Source: Peribolospora baueri
Taxonomy: Eukaryota
NCBI GenBank assembly: GCA_029717555.1
Contig: JAMDHS010000002.1
Coordinates: forward strand, 372,001 to 436,000
Direction: 5' to 3'
Length of the DNA stretch: 64,000 nt
A program made the position numbers and the translations under genes. Under the pieces are notes generated by a model that was not told the DNA's origin, ran no database searches, and was given only the letters and a program-made list of their open reading frames with translations. Shown piece after piece: positions 62,954 through 64,000 of the stretch (the stretch's first letter is position 1; every line of letters begins with the position of its first letter).

Positions 62954-63508
62954 TTGCCGACGATGAAAAGAAAAGAAAGAAGGGAAGGACATATGCTAAG
63001 ACAGCACTTGAAAAACGGTGTTCCGGATCAGGATGGCGACGACGCCGCCTCGTCCCCAACATCGCCGCCACCAGGCCCCACCCAAGCCATGATGACCTTT
63101 TCTCCCCATCCACCGCTGGAGCCCTTTCCCTCCCCTTCCCAAGCGTCCCCGGCAGGGTCGCCCACCATGAATAAATACCTAAGAAAGGGCAAGCGGTGCG
63201 GCTGGGGGAGGATGGCAACGTGCTGCGAAGGCCACAGCATCAGAGGCGATGGTGGGAGACTTGTTTCGGAGGAAACAGAAAGAAAGGAAAGAGCCGATTT
63301 TGCTGAGATGGACGTGCCGGGGCTTAGCCAAGAGCTGGCCAAGAAGGAGATGCTGGTGCCGAGAAGGGAGGCGACCTGGTTGAGCGCGTACTACAACACT
63401 CGTGCTCACCGTGGGTCAAAGAGAAGGGCAGGCCCATTCCATCTATGGCGTGGAGGTGGTAAAACGCATGTGCAGGAGGTGCGTCGACCACATACTGCGC
63501 AAGGTTGA
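62954..63508 (+). CDS. Possible hypothetical protein exon
   Basis: 184-codon ORF with a Pro-rich stretch and a charged helix. No domain recognised and gene structure unresolved. Confidence 0.2.
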   Translation: MPTMKRKERREGHMLRQHLKNGVPDQDGDDAASSPTSPPPGPTQAMMTFSPHPPLEPFPSPSQASPAGSPTMNKYLRKGKRCGWGRMATCCEGHSIRGDGGRLVSEETERKERADFAEMDVPGLSQELAKKEMLVPRREATWLSAYYNTRAHRGSKRRAGPFHLWRGGGKTHVQEVRRPHTAQG

Positions 63509-64000
63509 GGCCGAGTTGGGCTCGTCAAGGCGCGCGGCTGAAATCATGGGTAGACAAGAACGACTGCGAGCGTGTGCAAGCACAGCAGTCCAAACGCCGA
63601 AAGGCGTAAGTGAGCCGTCCATCAAAATGGGTCAACAAGGATCCGTAGAAACGGTGGTGCGCTGTGTCCGACCCGAACCGCGATCTGGTGACGGAGATAG
63701 AGTTGCTCCACTCTTCTTTGATAAAACGATAAAAAGCTTAAGGTCATCCTGAGTCGGATACATTCCTTGATATCTGCATCGAGGCAGCGGTGGACGTCGG
63801 CCTCCACTGGTGCAGAAAAAATGAGCATTGTCGGCCGCGCGCCCGGGACGGCAAACAAGAGAAGATTCGACAAGGACGTGGGGTGGGATTGTGAGCTGAT
63901 TCTGCTTGTAACCTGGTTCGCTCTGAGCCCCGGTCTGGGGCAGGACAAGCTCAAGCTGTGAGGGCTCCTAAGAAAATTTTAGAAAACGGCAAGAAGGTAG

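Noticed and set aside
1..64000. CRISPR arrays, rRNA, tRNA genes or prokaryotic operons
   Set aside because: None seen; the sequence is eukaryotic with spliceosomal introns, and the only tRNA-related sequence is the PBS.

Overview
GC-rich, intron-dense eukaryotic DNA (GT-AG introns of about 70-200 nt with CTGAC/CTAAC-type branch points). The gene content points to a basidiomycete fungus. About 19 protein-coding loci: PB1 + five-ZZ zinc-finger protein (5' truncated, apparent frameshift), secreted PriA/CPL1-like protein, threonyl-tRNA synthetase, GCIP-domain protein, two GPI-anchored Ser/Thr-rich proteins, Cti6-like PHD protein, nitrilase-family hydrolase, proteasome beta5, APRT, COG4, myosin V, an AT-hook protein, PGK, mitochondrial bL27, thioredoxin/PITH (Txl1), an HMT1-type ABC half transporter and a few hypothetical ORFs. 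The most notable signals are hidden isoform switches: (1) a Txl1 locus where one in-frame splice donor chooses between a PITH isoform and an SHP-box, tail-anchored membrane thioredoxin; (2) PGK with a TAG-CAA stop followed by a cryptic PTS1 (-ARL); (3) ThrRS with an upstream in-frame mitochondrial presequence. A 1.8 kb element bracketed by inverted LTR-like repeats carries an 18-nt tRNA-Ser PBS and scrambled Ty1/copia pol fragments. Exon boundaries were read by eye, and domain calls come from motif recognition, not database searches.
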